Below, in pieces: positions 24,763-32,000 of a stretch of 32,000 nucleotides of DNA. The notes beneath the pieces are model-generated. The model saw only the letters and a list, made by a program, of their open reading frames with translations. It was not told the origin of the DNA and searched no databases. The stretch comes from Candidatus Electrothrix sp. GW3-4 (GTDB lineage Bacteria; Desulfobacterota; Desulfobulbia; Desulfobulbales; Desulfobulbaceae), in contig NZ_CP147990.1 of assembly GCF_037902255.1 (NCBI RefSeq), forward strand, positions 1,170,001 to 1,202,000. Direction: 5' to 3'. How positions within the stretch are numbered: position 1 is the stretch's first letter; every line of letters begins with the position of its first letter. A program made the translations under genes and the position numbers.

Positions 24763-25488
24763 ATGCCCAAACTCGCCATTAATGTCGACCATATTGCCAC
24801 CATCCGTCAGGCCCGAGGGGGAACAGAACCGGATCCTGTCCATGCCGCTGGCATCTGTGAACTTGCTGGTGCCCAGGGGATCGTGGTCCATCTCCGGGAA
24901 GACCGCCGTCATATCCAGGATCGGGATGTCCGTCTCCTCCGCCAGACCGTGAAGACCCGGCTTAATCTGGAGATGGCCAATGTCAAGGAAATCGTCGAGA
25001 TCGCCCTGGAACTCAGGCCGGACATGATTACCCTGGTCCCGGAAAAACGGCAAGAACTGACCACCGAAGGCGGCCTGGATGTGATCGGCAATGCAAAAAA
25101 GCTGCGCAAGACCATCAAGCGGATGAAAGAGGCCGGGATCCCGGTCTCCCTTTTTATTGATCCTGATACAGAGCAGATTGAGGCCTCGCAGGCGCTTGGG
25201 GCGACCTATGTGGAGCTGCATACGGGCCGCTACTGCGATGCAGAGACAGAAAAGGAACGAGATAAGGAATTTCGTCTGATTGAACAGGCCGCTGAACAGG
25301 CCTTTGAAGCGGGCCTACGGGTCAATGCAGGTCATGGCCTTGATTACCGGACCACCACCCGGATTGCAGCCATTCCCTTTCTTGAGGAGCTGAGCATCGG
25401 CCATGCGGTCATTGCCCGCGCGGCCTTTGTTGGCCTGGATCAGGCGGTGCGGGAGATGCAGGCCTGTATTGACCGGGCCGGGAGATAG
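24763..25488 (+). CDS. pdxJ: pyridoxine 5'-phosphate synthase
   Basis: [59 protein letters not shown] and NAGHGL motifs. Length 241 aa. GGAG lies 7 nt upstream of the ATG. Confidence 0.9.
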   Translation: MPKLAINVDHIATIRQARGGTEPDPVHAAGICELAGAQGIVVHLREDRRHIQDRDVRLLRQTVKTRLNLEMANVKEIVEIALELRPDMITLVPEKRQELTTEGGLDVIGNAKKLRKTIKRMKEAGIPVSLFIDPDTEQIEASQALGATYVELHTGRYCDAETEKERDKEFRLIEQAAEQAFEAGLRVNAGHGLDYRTTTRIAAIPFLEELSIGHAVIARAAFVGLDQAVREMQACIDRAGR

Positions 25489-25538
25489 GGGCAGGTTCTT
25501 GTGCCTGCCCGGAAGAACAGGGCGACCGCCGGTCGCCC

Positions 25539-26525
25539 CTACAAGGTCTTTTCCAGGGCCGAGATCTGTTGGTTATCGCCCAGCACGATCAGGATATCAT
25601 CCAGGTGAATCTCGGTATCCGGGCCAGGATTAAAGATCATGGGGATGTCTGGCCGTTTAATGGCCACGACAATGATATCGTATTTGCTTCTGAGCCCGGA
25701 TTGCATCAGGGTTTTATCGACAAAGGAGGCATGCTCTGTGATCAGGAGCTCTTCCATACAAAGACCCAGTTCACGGGCCTGCATGGCCAGGTCGAGGAAA
25801 TCAACCACTGTGGGCCGAACAATGAGCTGGGCCATCCTCCGGGCCCCAATGGAGTAGGGCGAAATCACCTTGGTGGCGCCTGCCCGTTCCAGTTTCTTGG
25901 CAACCCCAGGGGTACCGCTGGAGCGGGTCAGGATAAACAGCCCTGGATTTATCCCCCGGGCGGTCAGGGTGATATAGAGGTTATCCGCATCGGTAGAGAC
26001 TACGGCCACCAGACCTCGGGCGTTCTTGATCCCGGCCGCCAGCAGAATATCATCGTCCGAGGCATCGCCTTGCAGTTCAATATAACCGAGATCATCAATT
26101 TCCCGGATCACCTCATCTTCATTTTCAATCACCACAAAAGGACGGTTGTTCTCCCGCAGGATTGAGCAGATCTCCTGGCCGATCCGTCCGAATCCGCAAA
26201 CGATATAATGGTCATGTAACCGTGTCATTTTCTTGTGCATCTTTCTCCTCTCAACAAAACGTTGTAACCCCCCTTCAACCATGGCCTCGGTGATCTGGCT
26301 GAACATGTACATCACATAGCCCACCCCGGAAAAGATCAGCAACACCGTGAACAGCCGACCACCCGAGGTGATCGGGGCGATATCTCCATAGCCAACTGTA
26401 CTGATGGTGATAATGGTCAGGTAGAGCCCGTCAAGGAAGCAGGTGTCTTCCAGGAACATATAGCCAGCTGGGCCGATGACCAGGAGGACCAATAAGGGGG
26501 CGATAAATAAGATATACTTCCGCAT
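25539..26525 (-). CDS. two-TM K+ channel with cytoplasmic RCK (TrkA-N/TrkA-C) domains (MthK/Kch-like)
   Basis: Selectivity filter TISTVGYGD. Rossmann motif YIVCGFGRIGQEI and a C-terminal TrkA-C-like region. ATG 26525 is preferred over the TTG at 26546. Confidence 0.85.
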   Translation of the reverse strand: MRKYILFIAPLLVLLVIGPAGYMFLEDTCFLDGLYLTIITISTVGYGDIAPITSGGRLFTVLLIFSGVGYVMYMFSQITEAMVEGGLQRFVERRKMHKKMTRLHDHYIVCGFGRIGQEICSILRENNRPFVVIENEDEVIREIDDLGYIELQGDASDDDILLAAGIKNARGLVAVVSTDADNLYITLTARGINPGLFILTRSSGTPGVAKKLERAGATKVISPYSIGARRMAQLIVRPTVVDFLDLAMQARELGLCMEELLITEHASFVDKTLMQSGLRSKYDIIVVAIKRPDIPMIFNPGPDTEIHLDDILIVLGDNQQISALEKTL

Positions 26526-26694
26526 TTTTTGAGACCAGCATGGCAAGGTCAGACATGATTGGTAAGCGCAGGAAGACCTTGGAGCAAAGAATTCCTGGTG
26601 AAAAAATCAGCCCCATTATGAACCATTCTTTCCTTTCTCACCACATTAATTGACAAATCATTTTTGACAGTGTAAAATACACCCCGCATTAATA

Positions 26695-26782
26695 GCCCGG
26701 ATGGCGGAACTGGTAGACGCAAGGGACTTAAAATCCCTCGGTTCTTGTAACTGTGCGAGTTCGATTCTCGCTCCGGGCACCA
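26695..26782 (+). tRNA. tRNA-Leu (anticodon UAA), class II with long variable arm
   Basis: GCCCGGATGGCGGAACTGGTAGACGCAAGGGACTTAAAATCCCTCGGTTCTTGTAACTGTGCGAGTTCGATTCTCGCTCCGGGCACCA. Acceptor GCCCGGA/TCCGGGC, anticodon loop CT-TAA-AA, T-arm GCGAG-TTCGATT-CTCGC, encoded CCA. Confidence 0.9.
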
Positions 26783-26792
26783 GAAATTTCAA

Positions 26793-26827
26793 GGGGTTAC
26801 GGCTTTTCGGCTGTAACCCCTTTTTTT
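26793..26827 (+). terminator. intrinsic terminator after tRNA-Leu
   Basis: 11-bp stem GGGGTTACGGC/GCTGTAACCCC followed by TTTTTTT. Confidence 0.85.
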
Positions 26828-27095
26828 GTGTTTTTTTCCGTGGTGTGGTTCCTGTTAACACCCAGCCCGCCCCTTGGGGCGGGACAACAAAGCATAAAAG
26901 AAGGGAAGCCTGTTCGGGCTTTGCCGACCACTTTCATATAAAATCAGTCAAGATATGATGGGATGTATCCCGCCTCAATCTGTACCATAGCCCGGAGGAT
27001 CGAGGGGGGTAGGGCGGGGATAAGCGTCATTATTGCAAGGCCTGGATGGCCTCCAGGGTGTTTTGCAGCATGCCCTTGCCATATAATAGCGACGG

Positions 27096-27360
27096 CATAC
27101 TTTTTAAAAATGGGGCCTTCTCTTTAAAAATATGGTCGTGGATTTTTAAATTAGAGCTCTTCTCTTTAAAAATATGGTCGTGGATTTTTAAATTAGAGCT
27201 CTTCTCTTTAAAAATATGGTCGTGGATTTTTAAATTAGAGCCCTTCTCTTTAAAAATATGGTCATGGGTTTTTCGATGAGAGTCCTCTCTCTTTTAAAGA
27301 GGGTCATGATTTTTTGAATTAAAGCCCTCATTTTTAAAAGGCGAGCCTTGTTTTTTTTTA
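27096..27360. repeat. 42-bp tandem repeat array (3 near-identical, 2 diverged and 2 partial copies)
   Basis: Unit is cttctctttaaaaatatggtcgtggatttttaaattagagct. Copies at 27117-27158 and 27159-27200 are identical, and 27201-27242 differs by 1 nt. Copies at 27243-27284 and 27285-27326 are diverged. Partial copies lie at 27096-27116 and 27327-27360. Confidence 0.95.
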
Positions 27361-30300
27361 AGGTGAGAAGGGGACAGGAGGGGGTGAGGTCTCTATTGCT
27401 TCTTGGCCGAGTTCAGCATTTTTGGCGAGATTTTCAGCCAAACGCTCGATGGTCCACTCCAGACGTTCTTTGATGGCCCCTTCCTGGCCTGGTACTTGAC
27501 AGGGTTTCAGGTTGGCGAGGATATCTTTTAGTCTGGGCAGGTCATCCTGTTTGCCGGTGTATTCCAGGTTCCAGAGGGCAAGGTCGATGGCCTGGAAGGC
27601 GGCATAGGGGAAAGGGGAAGGGAGATCGGCAGGATCGAACTTTTGGTGGGCGTTGATGATCTTGGCGATACGGGTGGCGGTAGGTTTGGCACCCAAGGCG
27701 TAAACAGCTCCTTGGCGGACGTGGTAGAGAGGATGTCGGAGTAGGTCAATACCGGTGGTTTCAGGGGCGATGCGGGTTAATGCAGTGGCAAGGCGGTATT
27801 CGTGGTGTTCCCAGTAGGCATCTTCTTTCATGTCCACTTTCTCGGTTTCATCTCCTGTGTCAGCGCTCTCATCGTCAGATTCTCTTTTTTGATCCCGCTG
27901 CATCCTCCACGCCGCCTTGGCTTCTTCCAACTTCCTCAGTTCATTTTCGATATATGCTTGGGCTGGCTTATATTTCATACGACCGAGCCATAACATACAA
28001 AGCGAACGAAGCGCATCGTCTTCGGGATGAGTAAGTTGTTCGGTCATCAGCGTGTACAGGTCTTCGGCACAGGCGTGGCGATTCGTTTTACCGAGGGCAT
28101 CAATGGCAGTTACGCGAAAGCAGTTTTTTTGCTGCGGAGAGGCGATGATATTACGAAGTACAGTGTGGATTTTCTGGTCAAGTTCAGGGAAATCTGCGGC
28201 CTTCTTGTCGCCGCGAAAGGAAATAAAGCGACCTAAGGCGGTGAGGGCAGCTACGCGGAGTTCAAGATGGGAATGATTGGTCAGAGCAAGCAATCGATCT
28301 TTCTGTTCCTGGAACCATTCTGGATGGTATGCTGCGATGTTACCTATAGAATAAATCGCGCTTGATGTTACTGCTGGATTAGAATTATTTATAAGTCTAG
28401 AGAGTAGTTCAGCAGCCTGCTGAGTATAAATATGACCAAGAGTTTGTGCAGCAGCAATCTTTTTATTATCATATCCCGAGTCAATCTGCTGCGTTGCTTT
28501 TTTGAGTTTTTCTTCTTGCCACTTAACAAGCTTTGGAGAAGAATAATTCATCTTAAGGAGAGCATATGCCGCTGCCTGAAAAATGAAATGCTTGCTATCC
28601 AGGTCAAGATATTTAATGAGGTCAGGAATAGCCGCTTTGACACGTAAATCACCAAGGACTTTGATTGCCGCCTGCTGCACTTTTAAGTCCTCATCATAAA
28701 GAAACTCATAAAGGCACTTCACGATTGCGGGTGAGGCCGAGTCGGCATGCAGATTGCCAAGGGTATAGATTGCCTGTTCTTGCAAGCCAATATTTTTATC
28801 CTTAAGATATTGAACAAGTTGCGGGATTGCTGACTCGGCATGAAGATCACCGATATTTTTGATCACTGTCCAACTTACCTCTTTATCATTAATATATTTG
28901 AGGATATCGGGCGCTGCCGATTCGGCACGCAATTGACTCAGAGCTAAAATTGCCGCCCATCGGATATGATCATATTTAATATCAAGGTGCTGAACAATAC
29001 GTGGTAGTGCCGATTCAACACGCAAGAGGGCAAGTGCTGTGATTGTCACCTCTTGTACTTCTTTACTTTCACTATTAAGGAATGTAATCAGCTTTGGACT
29101 TGCCTTTTCTGCACGTAATTTTCCAAGAGCTTCGATCACCGCTACTTGTAACCTTTCCTTGTCAACAGGAGAAAAAAAAGATTTACTAAGGACGTTACGT
29201 TCTTTCTGCTCTGCACTCTGTTCCGTATTGTCAAGGAGTTTAATGAGTTCTTCTGTAGCTGATTCTGCAAGCAGGCTGCCAAGAGTTTTGATTACTCCCC
29301 ATCGTATTTCTTTATTTTCATCATCAAGATAAGTAGTTATTCTAGGGGCAACAGAACTGATACCAAGATCGCCAAGCAAAATGATCGCAGCTAGTTTTCG
29401 CTTCTCATCCTTCTCATCAAGGCATGCAATGAGTGCAGGACCTATTGATTGAGCAGGAAAGTTCTGGAGAGCGGCTTGTATTCTGTAATCTATATTGTAC
29501 AAACCGTTATTGCCTCGCTGAAGATAGTGGTCAAGGTATTCGGTGATTTTTTGGGGTAGTAATTTGTCATGCAAATCACCTAGAGCTAGAATTGTCGTTA
29601 GTTGCATCTCGTTATCTTCATCATTAAGATAGGTTGCTATCTTTGATATCTCCGACTCGTCGCCCAACTTGCCAATAGCATGGATTGCCTGTATTTTTAA
29701 CTGACTTTCATTTCTTTCTGTAATTAACTTAATTAGTTGAGGGATTTTCGATTTGGCGTTTAGCTTTTCAACTGCAAACACTGCCCATCGTTGTACCAGC
29801 AACTCACTATCTTTAAGACGGTTCTCAATTTCAGGCAGAAATGACATTTCACCAAAGGCCATAGCTGTTTTGATTGCCTCTATTCGTAGTCCTGAATTTT
29901 TATCTTTAAAGAATTTAGAAGCATATTCAAGCACAGATTCGTCATGTAAGGCAACAAGAGCTTGGATTGTTGTTTTCTTGACCTCTGGGTCTTCTTCATC
30001 ATTAAATTTCTTGAGGATCTTCGGAATAGCCGATTTTACTTCTATACCAACCAATGCTTGAATTCCTGCCTGCTGAACTGGTATATCGTCGTTTTGTTCG
30101 AGCAGAGAGTCTATTATGTTGACAGCTTTTTTTGATCTCACCCAAGGCAGCTGCTTAAGCAAACGTATTATCTTCTTGCTTGGATCATGCTCCTCATGCT
30201 CCAAAATTTTGTTTTTCAGCGTGTACCCTTCCTGGTATAGGCCATCCTGCATATAAAAAGCAAAACGATCCAGCATAGGCAGATGGTATATCAAGTCCTG

Positions 30301-31803
30301 CCGAGTCTTCGTTGCATTATTAAGCATATGCTGATTGAATAATCTGTCCGCCTCAATCTCCTGACGGGAAAAAGATGTCTCGTACTGGAAGGTCCGTTGC
30401 CCGAACAGATCCTTTTGGTCGATATCCCCTTGATACAGCTCAATTCTATCAGAAATGGATTTCTTCGGACTCAACTGGAGATAACGACCGAAATAGTTTG
30501 TTTGAAACGTGTTACCTATGTATATGAGACTGACAATAGTCAGAACTGCAATACTTCCACAAGCCAGCCGCCTAAGCCGCTGCCTTGCCTTGAACCCCCG
30601 ATTCCAGCTATCAATAGATTCCGAAAAAATATCATGATACAGCTCATACCAAAACTGCTCACCCCGCATCTGCCGCCGCAGAATCGCATAATCCTGCAAC
30701 CTATCCAAAACCGGCTGCAACTCCTTCTCATCAACCCTGGCCAACTCAGCCAAGCGCTCCAAAGGATGGGCAATCTTGATCGCCCGCGTCCCCACCAGAT
30801 GGTCAAAGGCTGCTGAGGCAAGGGCCTGCTCTTGTTTACTGAAGAGACCTATCTTGCCGAGAAAATACGAATTCAGTATCCCCGCTGTCCTTCCGGCTTT
30901 TTCGTAGGCCGCATGAGTAATCTGCTTGAGCTGATCATCTCGATGCCCTTGCCATAATTCCCGACAGACAATCTGTAGATGCGGCGGTTCCACCAGCAGG
31001 GGTAACTCTTTTAACCTCATTAAATTCTGCACCCCGAACTGCCGTTCCTGTTCCCGCTTGGCCAGATCATCCAGCACCTGATCCAGTAGGGCCTCCTGAT
31101 CTTCTGTCTGCGGCGCAAAACAATAGCCCGTTGCTTTTAACGGCTCTTCAATGGCCAGGCGGGCCTGGTCTCGAGTCAGTTTTTCAAGGCGAAAGTAATT
31201 GTCAAATATACCAGGCAGGGTGTTTTTAAAGCTGTTCAGTTCCAGGGCAAAGTCTTCACGCATGGAAAAGACAAAGGAGGCCGCCAGATTGCGGTCAAGG
31301 ATTGCTGCACTCAGGTCTTCAAGAAAGGGCTGGAATTCAGGTCGAAAACGCTGGTAGTTGAAAAATTCTTCAAACTGGTCAAGGAGGAGCACCTGTTGGC
31401 CGGTGCTGAAGATGGTGCAGGCCCGCAGGCTCTCTTGAAGAGAGAGTTGAGCAAACTGTTTATCAAGCGCGGCTCCATTATATTTTTCCCGAAAATGGTT
31501 ACTGATGGTTTGGCGAAGGGCTGTTCCCGGATCCGTGGCCCAGTCGCGATGATAGATCAGCTCTGCATCCTCATCCCTATTCAGCACCGGCATAATCCCG
31601 GCCCGCAGCAGGGAACTCTTGCCCACACCGCTGCCAGCCAACAGCAGGGTCAGCCGGTTGGCGTGAATTTTGTCCAGGAGGATACTGATCTCCTGGTCAC
31701 GACCAAAGAAACGATCCTGTTCGTCTTCCCGGAAAGGGCGGAGGCCGATATAGGGCTCAAAGGCAGGGGAGGGCATCTCTGCTTTCTTTTTTGCTGAACT
31801 CAT
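27358..31803 (-). CDS. 1,481-aa P-loop NTPase (STAND/AAA-like) - single TM helix - HEAT-like (PBS-lyase type) repeat protein
   Basis: N-terminus FEPYIGLRPFREDEQDRFFGRDQE. Walker A LLLAGSGVGKSSLL (aa 54-67) and Walker B-like QVLLLDQFEEFF (aa 136-148). Hydrophobic helix RQRLRR-LACGSIAVLTIVSLIYIGNTF at about aa 405-433. From about aa 560 to 1300 there are many ~31-aa repeats of the form A(I/L)xALGxLxxxxAxPxLxxxLxDxxxxV(R/Q), followed by an acidic patch ESDDESADTGDETE. Confidence 0.85.
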   Translation of the reverse strand: MSSAKKKAEMPSPAFEPYIGLRPFREDEQDRFFGRDQEISILLDKIHANRLTLLLAGSGVGKSSLLRAGIMPVLNRDEDAELIYHRDWATDPGTALRQTISNHFREKYNGAALDKQFAQLSLQESLRACTIFSTGQQVLLLDQFEEFFNYQRFRPEFQPFLEDLSAAILDRNLAASFVFSMREDFALELNSFKNTLPGIFDNYFRLEKLTRDQARLAIEEPLKATGYCFAPQTEDQEALLDQVLDDLAKREQERQFGVQNLMRLKELPLLVEPPHLQIVCRELWQGHRDDQLKQITHAAYEKAGRTAGILNSYFLGKIGLFSKQEQALASAAFDHLVGTRAIKIAHPLERLAELARVDEKELQPVLDRLQDYAILRRQMRGEQFWYELYHDIFSESIDSWNRGFKARQRLRRLACGSIAVLTIVSLIYIGNTFQTNYFGRYLQLSPKKSISDRIELYQGDIDQKDLFGQRTFQYETSFSRQEIEADRLFNQHMLNNATKTRQDLIYHLPMLDRFAFYMQDGLYQEGYTLKNKILEHEEHDPSKKIIRLLKQLPWVRSKKAVNIIDSLLEQNDDIPVQQAGIQALVGIEVKSAIPKILKKFNDEEDPEVKKTTIQALVALHDESVLEYASKFFKDKNSGLRIEAIKTAMAFGEMSFLPEIENRLKDSELLVQRWAVFAVEKLNAKSKIPQLIKLITERNESQLKIQAIHAIGKLGDESEISKIATYLNDEDNEMQLTTILALGDLHDKLLPQKITEYLDHYLQRGNNGLYNIDYRIQAALQNFPAQSIGPALIACLDEKDEKRKLAAIILLGDLGISSVAPRITTYLDDENKEIRWGVIKTLGSLLAESATEELIKLLDNTEQSAEQKERNVLSKSFFSPVDKERLQVAVIEALGKLRAEKASPKLITFLNSESKEVQEVTITALALLRVESALPRIVQHLDIKYDHIRWAAILALSQLRAESAAPDILKYINDKEVSWTVIKNIGDLHAESAIPQLVQYLKDKNIGLQEQAIYTLGNLHADSASPAIVKCLYEFLYDEDLKVQQAAIKVLGDLRVKAAIPDLIKYLDLDSKHFIFQAAAYALLKMNYSSPKLVKWQEEKLKKATQQIDSGYDNKKIAAAQTLGHIYTQQAAELLSRLINNSNPAVTSSAIYSIGNIAAYHPEWFQEQKDRLLALTNHSHLELRVAALTALGRFISFRGDKKAADFPELDQKIHTVLRNIIASPQQKNCFRVTAIDALGKTNRHACAEDLYTLMTEQLTHPEDDALRSLCMLWLGRMKYKPAQAYIENELRKLEEAKAAWRMQRDQKRESDDESADTGDETEKVDMKEDAYWEHHEYRLATALTRIAPETTGIDLLRHPLYHVRQGAVYALGAKPTATRIAKIINAHQKFDPADLPSPFPYAAFQAIDLALWNLEYTGKQDDLPRLKDILANLKPCQVPGQEGAIKERLEWTIERLAENLAKNAELGQEAIETSPPPVPFSP

Positions 31804-32000
31804 GATTCCATCTCCTGGGCAAGTTCCTGAACAAAGGTCCTGAGTGCAAGGTCAAAGGGCTGCACATGGTTGTCCTGCCAAAAGGCGTGGGCAAATGGGG
31901 AAATATCTTTCTGTACAGCAAGGGATACAGCGCGATGATCCCGCTGCATCTGGATGGATTTGACCAGCAAACGTTCTTCCCAGCTCTCTGGATAATGGCC
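31800..32000 (-). CDS. 3' end of an unknown ORF translationally coupled to the NTPase gene (truncated by the window edge)
   Basis: Hand translation of the minus strand is open from 32000 to the TGA at 31800-31802 (...RESWEERLLVKSIQMQRDHRAVSLAVQKDISPFAHAFWQDNHVQPFDLALRTFVQELAQEMES*). The stop overlaps the downstream ATG as ATGA. Confidence 0.6.
   Translation of the reverse strand, partial: GHYPESWEERLLVKSIQMQRDHRAVSLAVQKDISPFAHAFWQDNHVQPFDLALRTFVQELAQEMES

Noticed and set aside
24004-25221. 222-aa and 180-aa ORFs on the - strand (24004-24672 and 24679-25221)
   Set aside because: Both are antisense to ybeY/pdxJ, whose products match canonical motifs along their full length.
25521-25540. GC-rich perfect inverted repeat GGGCGACC-GCCG-GGTCGCCC between convergent pdxJ and the K+ channel gene, considered as a bidirectional terminator
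   Set aside because: There is no U-tract on either strand and it overlaps the channel stop codon. It may still pause or terminate transcription, but the sequence alone does not support a terminator call.
25569-26165. 198-aa ORF on the + strand
   Set aside because: It is antisense to the RCK domain region of the K+ channel gene. It is a shadow ORF.
26526-26546. TTG start extending the K+ channel by 7 residues
   Set aside because: It is a rare start codon with no SD. The ATG at 26525 begins directly at the first TM segment (MRKYILFIAPLL...).
27046-27279. 77-aa ORF with an internally repeated peptide (FSLKIWSWIFKLEL x3)
   Set aside because: It is simply the translation of the 42-bp (14-codon) tandem DNA repeat. 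It has no SD, is AT-rich and low in complexity, and the repeat decays out of frame at its end.
27096-27360. Possible CRISPR array
   Set aside because: The repeats are directly contiguous with no unique spacers, show a divergence gradient, and no cas genes or leader are present in the window.

Overview
The window is mostly chromosomal backbone at about 50% GC. Its gene content looks like an anaerobic deltaproteobacterium (Desulfobulbaceae-like): a NirJ/AhbD-type radical SAM next to hemE, a futalosine-pathway MqnE-like gene, and a DUF3373-like porin. That taxonomic placement is inference only.

Confident calls:
- Envelope and sulfur: an exported rhodanese overlapping a MauE/DoxX-like membrane protein, a coiled-coil beta-barrel outer-membrane protein, an OmpA-domain protein, a PLD-family lipoprotein and a DUF3108-like protein.
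- Carbon and cofactors: two beta-carbonic anhydrases (one cytoplasmic, one with a signal peptide), PgeF/YfiH, a radical-SAM/SPASM + hemE + HD-hydrolase cluster, an MtaD-family deaminase, MalQ and an MqnE/MqnC-family radical SAM.
- Information processing and other: an MBL-fold hydrolase, a compact RpoD-family sigma factor, YbeY and PdxJ, an RCK-gated K+ channel, tRNA-Glu(CUC), tRNA-Leu(UAA) and several clear intrinsic terminators.

Four things stand out:
1. At the right edge, just 3' of tRNA-Leu, sits a 1,481-aa protein: P-loop (STAND/AAA-like) NTPase, one TM helix, then a HEAT-like repeat array. Its start codon overlaps (ATGA) the stop of an upstream ORF that runs off the window. Its 3' end is flanked by a 42-bp tandem-repeat array, and its repeat region has a strong internal GC trough. 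This is the best candidate for an uncharacterised system, but it is truncated by the window.
2. ybeY has no stop codon and reads in-frame into pdxJ across an A8 run that forms an in-phase A-AAA-AAA slippery heptamer.
3. A 1.85-kb low-GC, gene-poor patch lies next to the 3' end of tRNA-Glu. It holds an orphan PilZ-like ORF, a C9T9 homopolymer tract, a possible 41-aa small ORF and a possible sRNA.
4. Perfect short tandem duplications abut the start codons of can and hemE.

No CRISPR array, transposase, integrase or rRNA was seen.
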